From Carcharhinus longimanus (lineage: Eukaryota): a DNA stretch of 64,000 nucleotides. The DNA is taken from contig JASCQW010000132.1 of NCBI GenBank assembly GCA_030264375.1, positions 77,403,953-77,467,952 on the forward strand. The letters are read 5' to 3'. This document shows positions 13,671 through 27,380 of this stretch, piece by piece. Every line of letters starts with the position of its first letter. Positions within the stretch are counted from its first letter, which is position 1. The notes under the pieces are model-generated. The model was not told where the DNA came from, ran no database searches, and saw only the letters and a list, made by a program, of their open reading frames with translations. The position numbers were made by a program, and so were the translations under genes.

Positions 13671-16280
13671 TGAGCTTGTTCCACCATTCAGTAAGATTAT
13701 GGCGGACCTAATTTTACCCTCATCTTCATATTCCTACCTGCCTCCAATAACCTTTCACCCCCTGGCTTATCAAGAAGCTATTTACCTCTGCTGTCTATGT
13801 TTATGTTCTGTTTCTGTCTAGGTATGCTGTTTATGTTCTGTCTCTGCCTCAACTACCTTTTGAGCAAAAGAACTTCAAATTTTCACAACCCTCTGGGAGA
13901 AAAAAATCTTTTCCTCCATCTGTGTCTTAATGAGCGACCACTTATTTTTAAACAGTGGCCCCTAGTTCTAGATTCTCCCATAAGAAGAAACGTTCTTTCC
14001 ATATTCACCATGTCAAGAGCCCTCAAGATCTTATGTTTCAATCAAGTTGCATTTTATGCTTCCAAACTCGAGTGGTTATAAGCTTAGCCTCCAATCATTT
14101 CTCATAAGATAACCAGCCCATTCCAGGTATTAATCTAGTAAGCATTCTCTGAACTGCTTCTAATGCATTTACATCTTTCCTTAAACAAGGAGACTGATAC
14201 TATACACACTACTCCAAGTATAGTTTCACCAATACCTTGTATAATTGAAGCATAACCTCCCTCCACTTGTATCCAATTCTGCTGACAATAAATATAACAT
14301 TCTATTAGCTTTGCTAATTCCTTGCTGTACTTGCAGATTAACTTTTTGCTATTGATGCGGTAGAACACCCAGATCCCTCTGTATCTCAGAGTTCTGCAAT
14401 CTCCCACCAGATAATTTGTCTCCTTTTATTTGTCTTGCCAAAATTGACAAACTCATATTTTCCCAGATTATACTTTTTTCACCAGATCTTTGTTCAATTA
14501 CCTCACCTATTCATATTCTACTACAACCTCCTTATGTCCTCTTTACAACCTACTTTCTTTCCTTTCTTTGTGTCATCATCAAATTTAGCAACTGTAACAT
14601 TGTTCCTTCATCCAAATCATTTATTTGAGTTGAGGTCCCAACACTAATCTCTGTGGCACACCATTCGCCACATCCTGCCAACCAGAAAATAACCCATTTA
14701 TACTTACTGTTTCCTGTTAGCTAGCCAAACATCTATTCATGCCAATATGTTACTCCTTACATAAGCTTTCATTTTATTCATAACGTTATCAAATGTCTTT
14801 TGAAAATCTAAGTATGGTACGTCCACAAGTTCCCGTTTATCTGTTGTACCTGTTACTTCTTTAAACAACTTCAATGTATTGATTAAACATGACTTCCCTT
14901 TCACAAAACCATGTTGCCTCTGCTTGATTAACATACACTGTTCCCTGTTGTAATGTCTTTAATAACGATTTCTAATGTTTTCCCTATAACAGATGTTAAG
15001 TTAATTGACATTTGGTTTCCTGTTTTCTGTCATCCTCCTCTTTCAATAAAGAAGTTACATTTGTTATTTTCTAATTTAATTTAACCTTCACTGAATCAAG
15101 TGAATTTTAGAAAATTAAAATCAATAAATTAACTATCTCACTAGTCACTTCCTTTAAAACCATAGGGTGAACTTCATCAGGACCAGGGGATTTGTCGACC
15201 TGTAGCTCCAATAATTATCAAAATACCACTTCCTTGGTGATTTTAATTTTCTTGTGTTCCTATTTCTTTTCCAATTCCTGATTTGTAGCTATTTCTGCGG
15301 TGTTATTTGTATCCTTTATGGTTGAGATTGATGTAAAACATCCATTCAATTCATCTGCCATCTCCTTATTTTCCATTATTAACTCCCCAAACTCATTTTC
15401 TATCGGACTGGTGCTCACTTGCTTAACTCCTTCATTTTTAAAATATGTACAGAATCTCTTACTATCTGCCTTTGTATTTCTAACCAACTTTCTCTCCTAC
15501 TCTAATTTTCTATCCTTATTAATCTTTCAGTAATTTTGCTTTTTCTATATCCTTAGCAATCTCTTAACCTGTCATCCATCTTTGTGCAATTATGTGCTTT
15601 TTCTTTAAGTTTGATACTAACTAACTTTTTTAATTAACCATGGATGGTGTATCCCCCCTTGGATTTTTTTTCATTGGATGTATCTATTCTGTGTATTCCG
15701 AAATATCCCCTTTAATGTTTGCCACTGCAACTCTGTTGATCTATCCCTTAACCTAAATTGCCAGTTTACTTTCGTTAGTTCTGCTTGCATTTTCTCATAT
15801 ATGTTTTTATTTAAGCTTAAAATGCTAATCTTAGGTCCACTCTTCTAATTAAATGTGAAATTCAATCTTATTATGATCATTGGGGCACCTTCACTATGAC
15901 ATAATTAATTAATCTTATCGAAGTGCACAAAATCAGATCAATTATAACCTACTCCAGAAAGTGCTGATTTAAGAAATCATCCCAAAAACATTCTATGAAT
16001 TCATCATTTATGCTGTCTTTGCCCATCTAACTTTTTTCCAGTCTACATGGAGATTAAAATCCCCCATGCTAGTTTGATGCAGAGCCTTAAATTTTATCCT
16101 TTTTATTATTTTTGTAACTTCTAGTCTTATCTGTTGATTTACATACTCTCTGCCTTTTCCTGTCATGGTCTGTTTATCATTTCATGTATTAATAGCTTCT
16201 CCTACTACTTTGTCTCCACTCTTTAAATACCACATCATATATGTGACCCGTTGACACCAGTTTAGTTTAAACCTTCTCTA
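13670..16280 (-). mobile_element. CR1 LINE, long decayed copy
   Basis: RQHGFVKGKSCLINTLKLF..VDVPYLDFQKTFD; KADSKRFCTYFK..ENKEMADELN; further RT C-terminal remnants. Confidence 0.9.
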
Positions 16281-17924
16281 CTTTTCTAGTTTTGAAAAAT
16301 TTGTTGTACTGCTGATCTGTGCACATATTGTTAATTGGACAATAGAATTTTATAATCCCCACCCCCTCCACTGATTCCCTACTCCCAATCCAGTATCATC
16401 CTGAGAATGGACCGGAAGGCAGAGGGTAATTAGGGTACCATGGCAGTGGTACTGTGTCCATTGTGTATCCACTTCATTTTAACAGTGATAGGGGAGGATC
16501 TGGGCAGTCAATTGTGGCTTTTAAATGGCTGACTAATAACCACTTAAGAGCCAGCTCCTGCTGCTGCTGATGCTTTATCAGTGGTGAAGTTGTCCACGCC
16601 ACACTCAATGAATGGACATTGGGAAAAATCTTCAATACCTTCTCCTCCTTGTTTCCAGAAGATATTAAGCTGTACATTTTTTTTGGATACTGGGAGTCAT
16701 CTGAAACATTAGCCAAGAGCCATTCTTCATGAACAACCTTTGAGAGATATCATAGCCAATCCCAATCCTATATGCAGTTGTTACCCACGAAAGGAAACTC
16801 AGCAAAACTTTAAAGGGAATGTGGCTTAGTTTGTTTTCCTTCTCCTTTGTCAAAGACCATTGAGGTCAATTTTACCTGACGAACTGGAAATACACTAAAA
16901 TCAGTTAGCTAGACACATACTGGACATTATTCAGGTCCTCATGACTCAGGATCACCACATGGTGCTACTGTTCATATGGCAAGTCAAATTTTCTTTTCCT
17001 TAAGTTAATAACAGTCATTAGTTTCACTGCACTAAAAAACTCTTTACACATCAGGATTAATTTTCCCCATTGCTAATGAAAATGTTGAGCTGTACAGTTT
17101 TTTTTTAGATAGTGGAAGGCATCTGAATCATGGGTGAGGAGCCATTCTTCATGTTCAAGCTGTGAAGACATCACAAGCCTACTTTCAGCTGTTGCCCATA
17201 AACAGAAACTCAGCAAAATTCTCCAACAGGGAGCTATGCTCACAGAGGTTGTGGGTTCAGAAAATTGATGATATCTCTAAATTGGTCTCCCTTAGAGTGT
17301 GGCCTCCTTGCTCAAATTAAGAAGCCTGCAGATAAATATGAAATAGTATGCTATTGGCAGTATATCTGCAACATAAAATGTGGGAGGCATGATGGGCCAT
17401 TTTTCTCTTGTCTGAATGTCCATTTATTTGAAATATTTCAGCAAACATCAGGCCACTGTCCCCGTCCCAACATCAAAAACAACTTATACTATAGCAATAA
17501 TGTAAATGAAGTGTTCAAATTTTGTTAAACTGAGCAAGTTTATCAGAAAATAGTCAATGGCCAAGAATGCATTATGAAAAAATTGTTGGAAGAGCAACAG
17601 AACATTTAATCACAATGCTGTACCACCAAATAAAGTCTAATATAGCCGACAGGGCAGATTATAGAAATCTAAAATTATATCTGAAATTGGACTAACTGTG
17701 CACTTGGAGATGTCTTGTAAATTTACATTCCTTCCATGTAATCTCATAATAAAGAAGTTATGTGTGCATCAGTAATGCATGGAAGTGCCAAAAAGAACTT
17801 GCTATATATACTTACATAGACAGGAGTTCATAGTTACATTGAAGCTGATTTGCTAGTCTCTTTTAGAATGTCGATGTCTGTCCCCATCGTACCTTTCTCG
17901 TTCGGGTGGGTTATGTAATGAAGA

Positions 17925-18612
17925 AAAACTTGAAGTCAATGGGAATCAAGAGGAAAACACTCCACTCACTGAAGTCATGCATATCACAAAGGAATATGGT
18001 TGTGGTGATGGAGGCCAATCATTTCAGCTCCAGGACATCACATCAGCAGTTCCTCAGGGCAATGTTGAGGCCCAATCAACTTTAATTACTTTATCCTTCC
18101 TTTCATATCAGGTCAGAAGTGAGGATGTTTGTTAATAATCGCACAGTATTCAGTACCATTTGCAACTCCTCAGAAGATGACCCAGTTCATGTCCAAATGC
18201 AGCATGAGCTGGACAATATTTCTGGCTTGGACTGTTAAGTGGCACGTAACATTCATGCCACACAAGTGCTAAGCAATGACTATCCTTAACAAGAGGGGAT
18301 CTAACCATCTCCCTATGGCATTCAACACTATTACATTCAACAGTATCCTCTGTCAACATTCTGAGGTTACCTTTGACCAAAAACTGAACTGGACCAGCCA
18401 TATAAATATTGTGGCTAAAATAGCAGGTCAGATGCTGGAAATTCTGTGACAATAACTCACCTCCTAACTTACCAAAGTCTGTCCACAATCTATAAGACGC
18501 AAGTCAGGAGTGTGGTGGAATACTTTCCAACAACATTCAAGGAGCTTGACACCATGCAGGACAAAGCAGTCCTCTAGGTCAAAACCTTCACCACCTTAAA
18601 TATTCATTCTTT
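17925..18612 (+). mobile_element. LINE family B (CR1/L2 group) RT fragment
   Basis: Colinear with 37760-38230 (gttcctcaggg, aggtcagaagt, ctggaccagccatataaat, cttgacaccatgcaggacaaagc). Confidence 0.8.
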
Positions 18613-19025
18613 NNNNNNNNNNNNNNNNNNNNNNNNNNNNNNNNNNNNNNNNNNNNNNNNNNNNNNNNNNNNNNNNNNNNNNNNNNNNNNNNNNNNNNNN
18701 NNNNNNNNNNNNNNNNNNNNNNNNNNNNNNNNNNNNNNNNNNNNNNNNNNNNNNNNNNNNNNNNNNNNNNNNNNNNNNNNNNNNNNNNNNNNNNNNNNNN
18801 NNNNNNNNNNNNNNNNNNNNNNNNNNNNNNNNNNNNNNNNNNNNNNNNNNNNNNNNNNNNNNNNNNNNNNNNNNNNNNNNNNNNNNNNNNNNNNNNNNNN
18901 NNNNNNNNNNNNNNNNNNNNNNNNNNNNNNNNNNNNNNNNNNNNNNNNNNNNNNNNNNNNNNNNNNNNNNNNNNNNNNNNNNNNNNNNNNNNNNNNNNNN
19001 NNNNNNNNNNNNNNNNNNNNNNNNN

Positions 19026-19140
19026 CCACTGCCCTAGACACATCCTCATAGAACTCCAGTAAATTTGTCAGACACGACTTCCCTTTAATGAAACCGTGTT
19101 GCATCTGCCCTATCAAGCAATTCCCTTCAAGATGATACCG
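19026..19140 (-). mobile_element. CR1 RT fragment adjacent to a gap
   Basis: QHGFIKGKSCLTNLLEFYEDVSRAV. Confidence 0.85.
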
Positions 19141-20789
19141 GATAACTTTGATGAAATTAGACCCATCATATGATAATTGCAGTGAGGAAACCATTTGGCA
19201 TATCTTCATTTGTCTACCTGAATTACAATATTCTGTTATGTCCCGTAAAGATATTTCTAACTTTCAAGATATAAACTTTATTCAAAGTGGACTCTTTGAA
19301 ACTGGCTTTCTCTTTTAAAGTGGTCAATGTGCTACAAAGGAAGCCACCAACAATCAGGTGACTTGCCCTATTTATTCAAACATTCCTGATCTCATAGGAC
19401 AAAAGGAAATATTCCAGACTCAGAGATGTCAACTACACCCATCCTGAGACCATCAGAAGACATTCTTGAAAGGATTTTATTTTTCTGATGAATGTCTTAA
19501 GCCCCTCAGGATGAATGTTTTGAAACGATAAACCATAATGTCACTAATAAACCCAAGACAACCATTATATTTGAAATAGGAACTGCAATTGTGAGGAAGC
19601 ACATAGTTATGCAGCCATGCTTGTCCCTTTACAGTCTTTAAATGCTGACTAAAAAAGACACAGCAGCAGCAACAAAGTAACAGCTATGTTTTAAAAGAGG
19701 AGTCATAGGCTGTAACATTGTAAGGTCTTCAAACTGGACTCCTTTTTGGGATCACCAATACAGCAAACTAGCCTCTTGGTAATGAAACAACAAACAACTA
19801 ACTTTGTGACCTGCAGAAAATCTGCCCCTTTATGAGAATCTTGAAGTAATTGTGGCATATGACTTTGCCTGTTGAATTCCCCTAAACCAGGAATGGTTCC
19901 ACCTTCAGGAATGAAGACTCTTCCTCATCAGTCTTGCAAAGTGTGTTTTTCAGAACAAGACAATCACATGAATTATGAACTATTAATTGTGAAAGGATAC
20001 CATTCTGTTTTGTGATACAACAGATGGTAAGTGCCAAGCTGTCCAAATCCGAAACGGAATCTAGAAACAGCTGCCAGAATGGTTTTATAATATGTGTATT
20101 ATGGGGAAATTTTCTGAAGTCAGGGAGCAAGTCTCAGATCAATTGAAATGATTATATATTGAAGTTAAATATTATTAAAGCAAATAAATTAAAAGAAAAA
20201 AAAAGTTACATAGACAATAGTACTTTATAGACATTTCCAAAAAGGATTTTGGTTTAGCATAAACTCAGAGCTAAATTTCCTTTGATGGCAACAGTCCTTA
20301 TAAATTTTCTAATCTATAAAATTCCAGTAACTTTACTGTGCAATGCCTTGTTGCTCTAGGGTTCTCTAAGTATGACAACAACCGGGTTATCACAAATCTG
20401 GCTCTGTCCATAATCTGTCTCCTTCAAAATCTTGCCAGCCTCCACATACAATCTTCAATATTTTCTTAAATCTGCTTTTCCCTTTGATCTTACACTCTAT
20501 TGTTTCCTACAATCTTTTAGAAGTTTCTTCTTCCCAGAACTGATCAATTCCTTTCATTTACTTTATAACTATTCTATGTTAAAACTAAACTTACAAATCT
20601 TTATCTCATTTATTTATTATCTTCCAATTGTTTATGTTCCCCTTTGAAATACAACAGCCAACTTCAAACTACTTTCTTTGCCTTATGTAACTTCTTATTT
20701 AAATTCTCCCAACACCATTTAGTCATCACTGTACCAAACCATTTGCCTTCATATCCTTCTTATTGATGTTTAACATTTTCTGTCTTTTT

Positions 20790-21126
20790 CATAGAATCCC
20801 TTCAGTGCAGAAGGAGACCATTTGGCCCATCGAGTCTGCACCAAGTCTCTGGCAAAGAATCCCACCCAGGCACTTTCCTGTAATCCTACTAATCCCCCTC
20901 ATCTACACATCTTTGGACATTGAAGGGTAATTTAGCATAGCCAATCCACATAACCTGCACATATTTGGACTGTGGGAAGAAACCAGAGCACACAGAGGAA
21001 ACACATGCAGACATGGAGAAAAACATGCAGACATGGAGAAAAACATGCAAACTCCACAGTCACCCAAGGCCAGAATTGACCCCGAGTTGCTGGCACTGAG
21101 GCAACAATGCTAACCACTGTGCCACC
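20790..21126 (-). mobile_element. HE1 SINE (tRNA-derived V-SINE), near full length
   Basis: Minus strand: ggtggcacagtggttagc tRNA head, V-domain gtggagtttgcatg..ttcttcccacagtccaaa, CR1-derived tail gactcgatgggccaaatgg..gggattctatg; internal 20-bp tandem duplication (~21003-21048). Confidence 0.92.
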
Positions 21127-22764
21127 ATACCTCCTGCATTCAATTAAACCGATCACACTCCACAAGCTTTTTTTCCCAACATATAGCAAGGATAATGCAA
21201 CAAAAAAGATATTAAAACTTATTTTCCTGACATCTCTTCTCTTCTCTTGACTATGTTTCTGTGTGTAGTGAGTGAGTGCCACGGTGTTAGAGTTCATGGT
21301 GAGCACATCATTGTACTATCCTACTTCTTTATTGAAATCCATGAAAAACTTGCTGCTGGTTATTCAAACAGTCCAAATATTCAGGGGCTAAAAACACACA
21401 CACACACAACTTCCTTTCAAAAACTGACTACAGACAGTTGGAAAGGGAACGGAGATTTGAGCAGTTCTTACTCACTCTATCTGTAAAAAAGTATCTCATT
21501 GTAGCATCCAATTGCATCTGAAATAATTCCAGGAGCTTTGCTTCCAATACTTTATGTGGAGGCTTATTGCAAATTTTTCTCATTTCTGCCAGCCACTTCA
21601 ACACAGCAATATTATTGCCAGCCTAGACATGACTGATTAATAATTATATGGATTGTATAGGGATTCTCTCTGGACTTGTAGGAACAATACAGTTTCTACT
21701 GTTCACAAGCCTTAATTATTGCCCTGGCTCTGATAATCCTATAACTCTATCCCATGACACCCAGATTCGCACAGTTGCACAAAGGAATTATTCCAAGGGA
21801 GATGAAGAATGGATTAATTTTACAGATCCACTTTCTGCACCCAAGACAGTCATTCTATCCGATATCAAGCAAGTTACACAGAAGGATCATGTGTTGGCTG
21901 TTGATGAAATTCCAATATAAAGATTATGTTGTTTAAATGCGTGCATGTGACAATTCATTTAACTGTTTAATCTTGAAAGAATAGAAGAATATAATTGATA
22001 ATTCCATCGTAATATCCTGTAGAATATTCCAGAGAAGGACCAAAAGTACTTATTTTCTGTTAGAATAAAGGCCATGCAGTAATTGTGTCACTTACAATAA
22101 CCAAGGAGTTTTTATGCTAAGAAATAATCAGTGTTTATAAAGACTGTCATGCCAGAGAGCAAAATGGCTTTCAACCAAGTTTTCCAGCCAGAAGCACTTA
22201 ACGTTGGGCAATAAGCTTGGTTAATTTACAGCACAAGCCTCTTGAATGTGTAAATTAAATTTCAATTTGTTATAACATAAGGGAACATTTATATTCAGGG
22301 ATTGATTAGAGCCAGAAATTATTGCCTCAGCTATGTTTAATAAAGCAAAATTGTATGACTGATGTACAAAAATTATGCTTGACTACAGCATTTATGTGTC
22401 CTTAAAAAAATCATTTCAACCCCAGAAGCCGAAGTCAATCAATGTACTTTGACAAATAAGATTACTGTCAAAGAAAGGAACTAAATCTTCTTTGACCTTG
22501 ACTTTATAGATTTGACACATGGATGTTTTTCTTTGGAAACATTCTAATAGACATGACAATATTTTCCCAAACCTTTTCTAAAGCACTTTCCTTTCAGTTG
22601 GCACTTTTTGCATTATTACAAAATCAGCAAACGCCTTTCATCTTATTTTTAGGAATGTTGTTGCTTAGAACTAATTTCAGTTTTCTGTGATACAGTTGCA
22701 TGGGTTTTGCAGCAGAACCTATCCCTTGAGGAGATCCTAATGCAGAGTATTAATCTATACCTTC

Positions 22765-23180
22765 CCTTATGAGGAAAGATTGAGTAGGTTGGGCACAACC
22801 TCATTGAAGTTTAGAAGAATGAGAGGTGATCTTATTGACACATATAGGATTCTCAGAATGTTCTACAGGGTAGATGCTAAGAGGATATTTCCCCTCATGA
22901 AGGCACAGTTTCAAAACAAAACATTTCTCCCATTTAAAATAAAGATGAGGAGTAATTTCTTCCCTGTGTTGTTAATCTTTAGAATTCTCTCCCATATAGA
23001 ATCATGGAGGCTAGGTCATTCAATATTTTCAAGGCTTTTTGATCACCAAAAGCATTATGGGGGACAGGCAAGAAAGGGGAGTTGAATCCATGATCATGTT
23101 AGGCATGATGTTTTGAATTGCAGAGCGGACTCAAAGGCTGAATGGCCTACTCATTCTTTCATTAATTATGTTCTTATAGC
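22765..23180 (+). mobile_element. CR1 LINE 3' end
   Basis: SLKFRRMRGDLIDTYRILR (CR1 ORF2 C-terminus) followed by ggctgaatggcctact tail. Confidence 0.88.
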
Positions 23181-24039
23181 TCCTGGGTTCTTGCAAAGCT
23201 CAGCAGCTTTTATTTTTCATTTGTAGGATATAGGGAGTCACTGTCATGGCCAACATTCATTGGCCTTGTCAAGCTACCCTAAAGAAGGTAGTGGTCGGTT
23301 TTGTTTAATGCACTTGCAGTCCAGACGATGAAGCTATTCGCACAGTGTTATTAGATCTGGAATTCCAAGATTTCATCCAGTAATAAAAAAGGGATTTCAG
23401 TACATGCCCCAAGTTGGGATGCTTTGTAATTTGGAGAAGAAATCAGAGGTGCTGTGTTCCCTTGCAGCTGCTTACCTTGTTGGCATTCCTAAACTTCAAG
23501 GCAATGGACATCATTACATCTTTGAAACAATTTGTAAATTGTATCTAATTATAGCATGCAGATCATGCGAAGAGATTCTGGGCAGAATATTCTGTTCAAG
23601 TTCCCAGCCAAGCTCAAGCGGGATGAAGGGAAAAAAAAAATCCAGAACCGCATAATTCAGCTCCCTGAACTGGTAGTTTTGGTGATACAGATGCTGGTTG
23701 ATTTGATAAATGGTGTTGTAGTTCCACTCCTGACCACTTGCAGGAGGTGGGGGGAACTGAAATTTGTGTTATAAGTCCACATTTTACAAATTGAATTCAA
23801 ATTACACCAGTTGCCATGGTAGGATTTGAATCCATGTCTCCAGAATATTATCCCGGGCTTTTGGATTACTGGTCCAATGACATTACCTCTCCAGCACTTT
23901 CTCCCAATGGCTCGTGGACTTGTTTTAGATCTTCCACATATCTCAACATTTTAGATTTGCACATCATTTCAAAGTATTCTATCTGGTTGCAGTCAAAGCA
24001 CTGTACAGTGATTGCTGGACACTGTTCATTCCTGTGAAG

Positions 24040-25560
24040 TCTTTTGGTGTCTCAGCATTAACGTGGTCTGTTACCATCTTGTGTTTTGCTTTTCTTGGGG
24101 TGTAGTCTCCTTGCTGTTCTGTTTCGCTATGAGTTTGATTGTATGGGGTTTGCTCTGCTCCACGGTTTAACTTCATCACACAAACTAGATTGATTTTGCT
24201 AGTGGAATTCTGATTGTTTGATCATTTGGATGGGTCTGACCTTCTTTAGATTGGAGTACATCCCGTTACTATCCAGTCTCTTTTTAGGGTTGTGACTTAA
24301 GGTCACCAAAGTCACAACTGCCAATCTGCGTAATTCATTTGTGAAAGAGTCTACAATACAAGTCTCTGGACTTCTTCATGAGACAACATACAACTTTACA
24401 ACATGGTGGCAGCAGGTAAAAAACTCCAGTACCCTGGGCTTTTGGACTCTCTTGCTAAATTTTGCTCACTCCAAAATGTTATAGCCTCTTAGGTTAAAGT
24501 AGATGTCAAAAGACTTCACAACTTTCCCAAAGTTATCAGGAGATTCATTTATTCTTTGTCTGGCAATTAAGTTGTTGGCATTGGACCTATATAATAGTGC
24601 ATTCATTTGTTCAGTGTTTGTTTTCTTATTAAAAACTGATATTACCATATATTTTAAAAATCTTCTCTTCCATAATACCCATTTATTTTGTCTAATCTGG
24701 CCCTTCCATCTGTTTTAATTGATCTGGCAGTATTTGTTTACCATCCAGACTGTTTTCAGCTCATAGGACTACAGCGTTAGTTATTATTTCTTTTTTTTTA
24801 AATGGTACTGCAGTAATTATTTTCTTTAATTTTTTTTAAATTTGTGCAGAATCATTATGTGCACTTGGAAAACAATATTGTCCACATAATGGCATTATGA
24901 TATGAAAAGTCATATAGGAGTAATACAGAGTGGGGCTGAGTCTGATAGAAGTCAGCATCATCAACTCTGGATGCAGGTGATAGTGTTCTTCAAATCACTC
25001 TTATTAAAATGGTTGACTTACCTAATAATTGTGTTGAATTTTAAAGCGTCAACTTTTTTTGCAGTTTCATCATCCTTTTGCAAATTGGTTTGGTCTTTTC
25101 AAATTACTTCTGATTGGGCCTGGTAACATCTATGTGCTCTGATCCTTTTACACAGCACAGTCCACTTTTTCTGGCCTTCAACCTACATACCTATAACAAG
25201 CTTCTTAGGTGATCTCCAGTTGTGTATTTGAAGTCTTCAAATTAGGTGCCCTTCTCTCAAACCAGACTACAGCTTCTTCACTTCTTCATTCTTTGGGATT
25301 TTGGTGTCTTTTACCTGCTGCCATCATATTATAAGATTGTATGTTGTCTCACGAAGAAATCTAGAGACTTATACAGTTGAACAATAATTGTTTATTAATT
25401 ATAAATAACAATGTACATACGTAAAGAATGTAGGCCTGAGTAGATGTTATCTTGATGCTGACTTCAATCAAACTCAGCACCACTCTATATTACTCCTATG
25501 TGACTTTCCATATCATAGTGCCATTATGTGGACAATATTGTTTTCCTAGTCCCACTTAAC
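24040..25560 (-). mobile_element. Gypsy LTR retrotransposon remnant (5' LTR, PBS, leader, gag) with inverted LTR pieces
   Basis: LTR ~25330-25560 followed by PBS-like tgatggcagcagg; gag peptide WKRRFLKYM..TEQMNALLY..VVKSFDIYFNLRGYNILE (24450-24700), continuing DVLQSKE..QMIKQSE near 24200-24270. Confidence 0.75.
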
Positions 25561-26014
25561 GCTTACTGTCCCGAATACCCTAATATTATACTCTCTCTCC
25601 TATGGCCCATCTCTTTAACAAATGACTTCAACACAGCAAAAAACAAATCATTTTGGAGTCTTCTACAAGGTCTCCAAGCATTGTTCAAACAGGTTCATTT
25701 TACAGCCAGAACACACCTCCCATTCAGTAGAACTGGTTAGTTTTAAGTAGTGCAAGTTAGTTTTAAGTGGTGCTAGTCTTATGTGAACATGGGACCCCTG
25801 CTGAGGCATACATCCACTCAGCAGCATAGTCTACACTGAACTGCACATCACAATAATTGAAATAAGTAGAAAGCAAAAGCTTATACTCTAATTTGATCAC
25901 TTCACATGAAGGTGCTGTACTTCGGGCATCATGATCCCTGGGCTCAATTTCATAAGTTATCCAATCCTATTCCTCAGTTTATTACTTACCAGTCACATCA
26001 ACATCAATTATAGA

Positions 26015-26351
26015 AAGATTGTTGTGATGCCCTAGACTATTAATACAGAAACTCAACTAATGTTCTGGGAACCGGGGTTTGAACCCTGCCATTGCAGATG
26101 GTGGAATTTTGAATTCAAAAGAGAAACTGGAATTAATAAACTACTGATGACGATAAAACCATTGTCAATTGTCAGAAAAACCCATCTGGTTTACTAATGC
26201 CCTTTAGGGAAGGAAAGCTGCCGTCCTTATTTTGTCTGGCCTCCTGATCAACAGCAGTGTGGCTGACTGTCATCTGCCACGGACAACTAGGGATAGGCAA
26301 TAAATGCTGACCAGCGATTGCCCTTGTCCCACGAATGAATTTAAAAAAAAA
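26015..26351 (+). mobile_element. Family-B tRNA-derived SINE
   Basis: B-box-like ggtttgaaccc, body aaacccatctggtttactaatgccctttagggaagga, tail gggataggcaataaatgctg..gaatgaatttaaaaaaaaa. Confidence 0.85.
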
Positions 26352-26366
26352 TCATCAGAGATGGTC

Positions 26367-27004
26367 AGTTGAATTTTCCCAGCCCACTGTTTGGGCTGGG
26401 ATGTGGGAAGGCTGCCAATATGTTGGAGAAAGGCACCAGGAGGGGAGCTCAATGTCTTCTTGCTGCCATGACACACGACCAGTCGTGTGTTTCTTAGCAA
26501 CACAGCCACTCAGCAGGAAGCCAATTATGCCACTTAATAGTCCAATTATGGGTCACTTCCAAACCAAGTGGGCATTCTTCATGCAGCTAAAGGACTTACC
26601 ACCTTAAGAGGAGGCTGTCAGGTAAATTCTGGCAACCTCCGGGGAGATGCCCTGCTTATGAGNNNNNNNNNNNNNNNNNNNNNNNNNNNNNNNNNNNNNN
26701 NNNNNNNNNNNNNNNNNNNNNNNNNNNNNNNNNNNNNNNNNNNNNNNNNNNNNNNNNNNNNNTGCCCTGCTTATGAGCACCTCAAGGCCCTCAGAGGGGC
26801 CATCACGTGGCAATAGTTACCCTTGTACCAAAGCTGCTGAGCTTTCAGCCTGGTGATGAGCCTGGCCATTCAAGGGGAGGGCCTACCAACCCCAACTGCT
26901 GATTAGGTGCTGGTCTAAGGTTAACCTTAGTCCAGCGTCCCGCTTGCCCATGGAAATACAGTCAGCTCCTACTGCCCGCCCAGTTGTCCAAAACATTCAG
27001 TCCT
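26367..27004. mobile_element. Harbinger-type MITE (spans a gap)
   Basis: Ends gttgaattttccc / aaaacattcagtcc resemble the other MITE termini in the window; GC-rich interior. Confidence 0.45.
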
Positions 27005-27044
27005 ATTTGACAGCTGAACTTTGTGAAAGGTAGGACATAACTGA

Positions 27045-27380
27045 CTTTCATGGAATGTAGGCATCACTGACTGAACCAGTTGTTGCCCATCCTTAATTGC
27101 CCTTGAACTGTGTGACTTGATAGTTCATTTCAGAAGGCAGCTGATAGTCAATCACATTGCTGTAGATCTGGAGTTACATGTAAGCCAGACCAGGTAAGAA
27201 TGGCAGATTTCCTTCCCTAAAAGAGCATTAGTAAAACAAAAACAATAGCTAACTTTGGGGCTATTAAATTAATTTAAATTTCATCAGCTGCTATAGTGAG
27301 ATTTGAATCATGTCCCCAGAGCTTTAATCTTTGGATTACTAGTCTAGTGATTACTAGTCTTGTGCCTCTACTCTACTGAC
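27045..27380 (-). mobile_element. Family-B tRNA-derived SINE
   Basis: Reverse complement of 60700-61100 (ttgcccatccttaattgcccttgaac, gcagatttccttccctaaa, ggattactagtc). Confidence 0.85.

Noticed and set aside
19891-20026. Plus-strand segment ending in ATG|gtaagt with an upstream cag acceptor
   Set aside because: All three frames contain stops and it abuts probable LTR-like sequence; insufficient support for an exon.
21825-21920. Plus-strand ttttacag|ATCC.. frame DPLSAPKTVILSDIKQVTQKDHVLAVDEIPI*
   Set aside because: Weak polypyrimidine tract, no partner exon and no recognisable homology.
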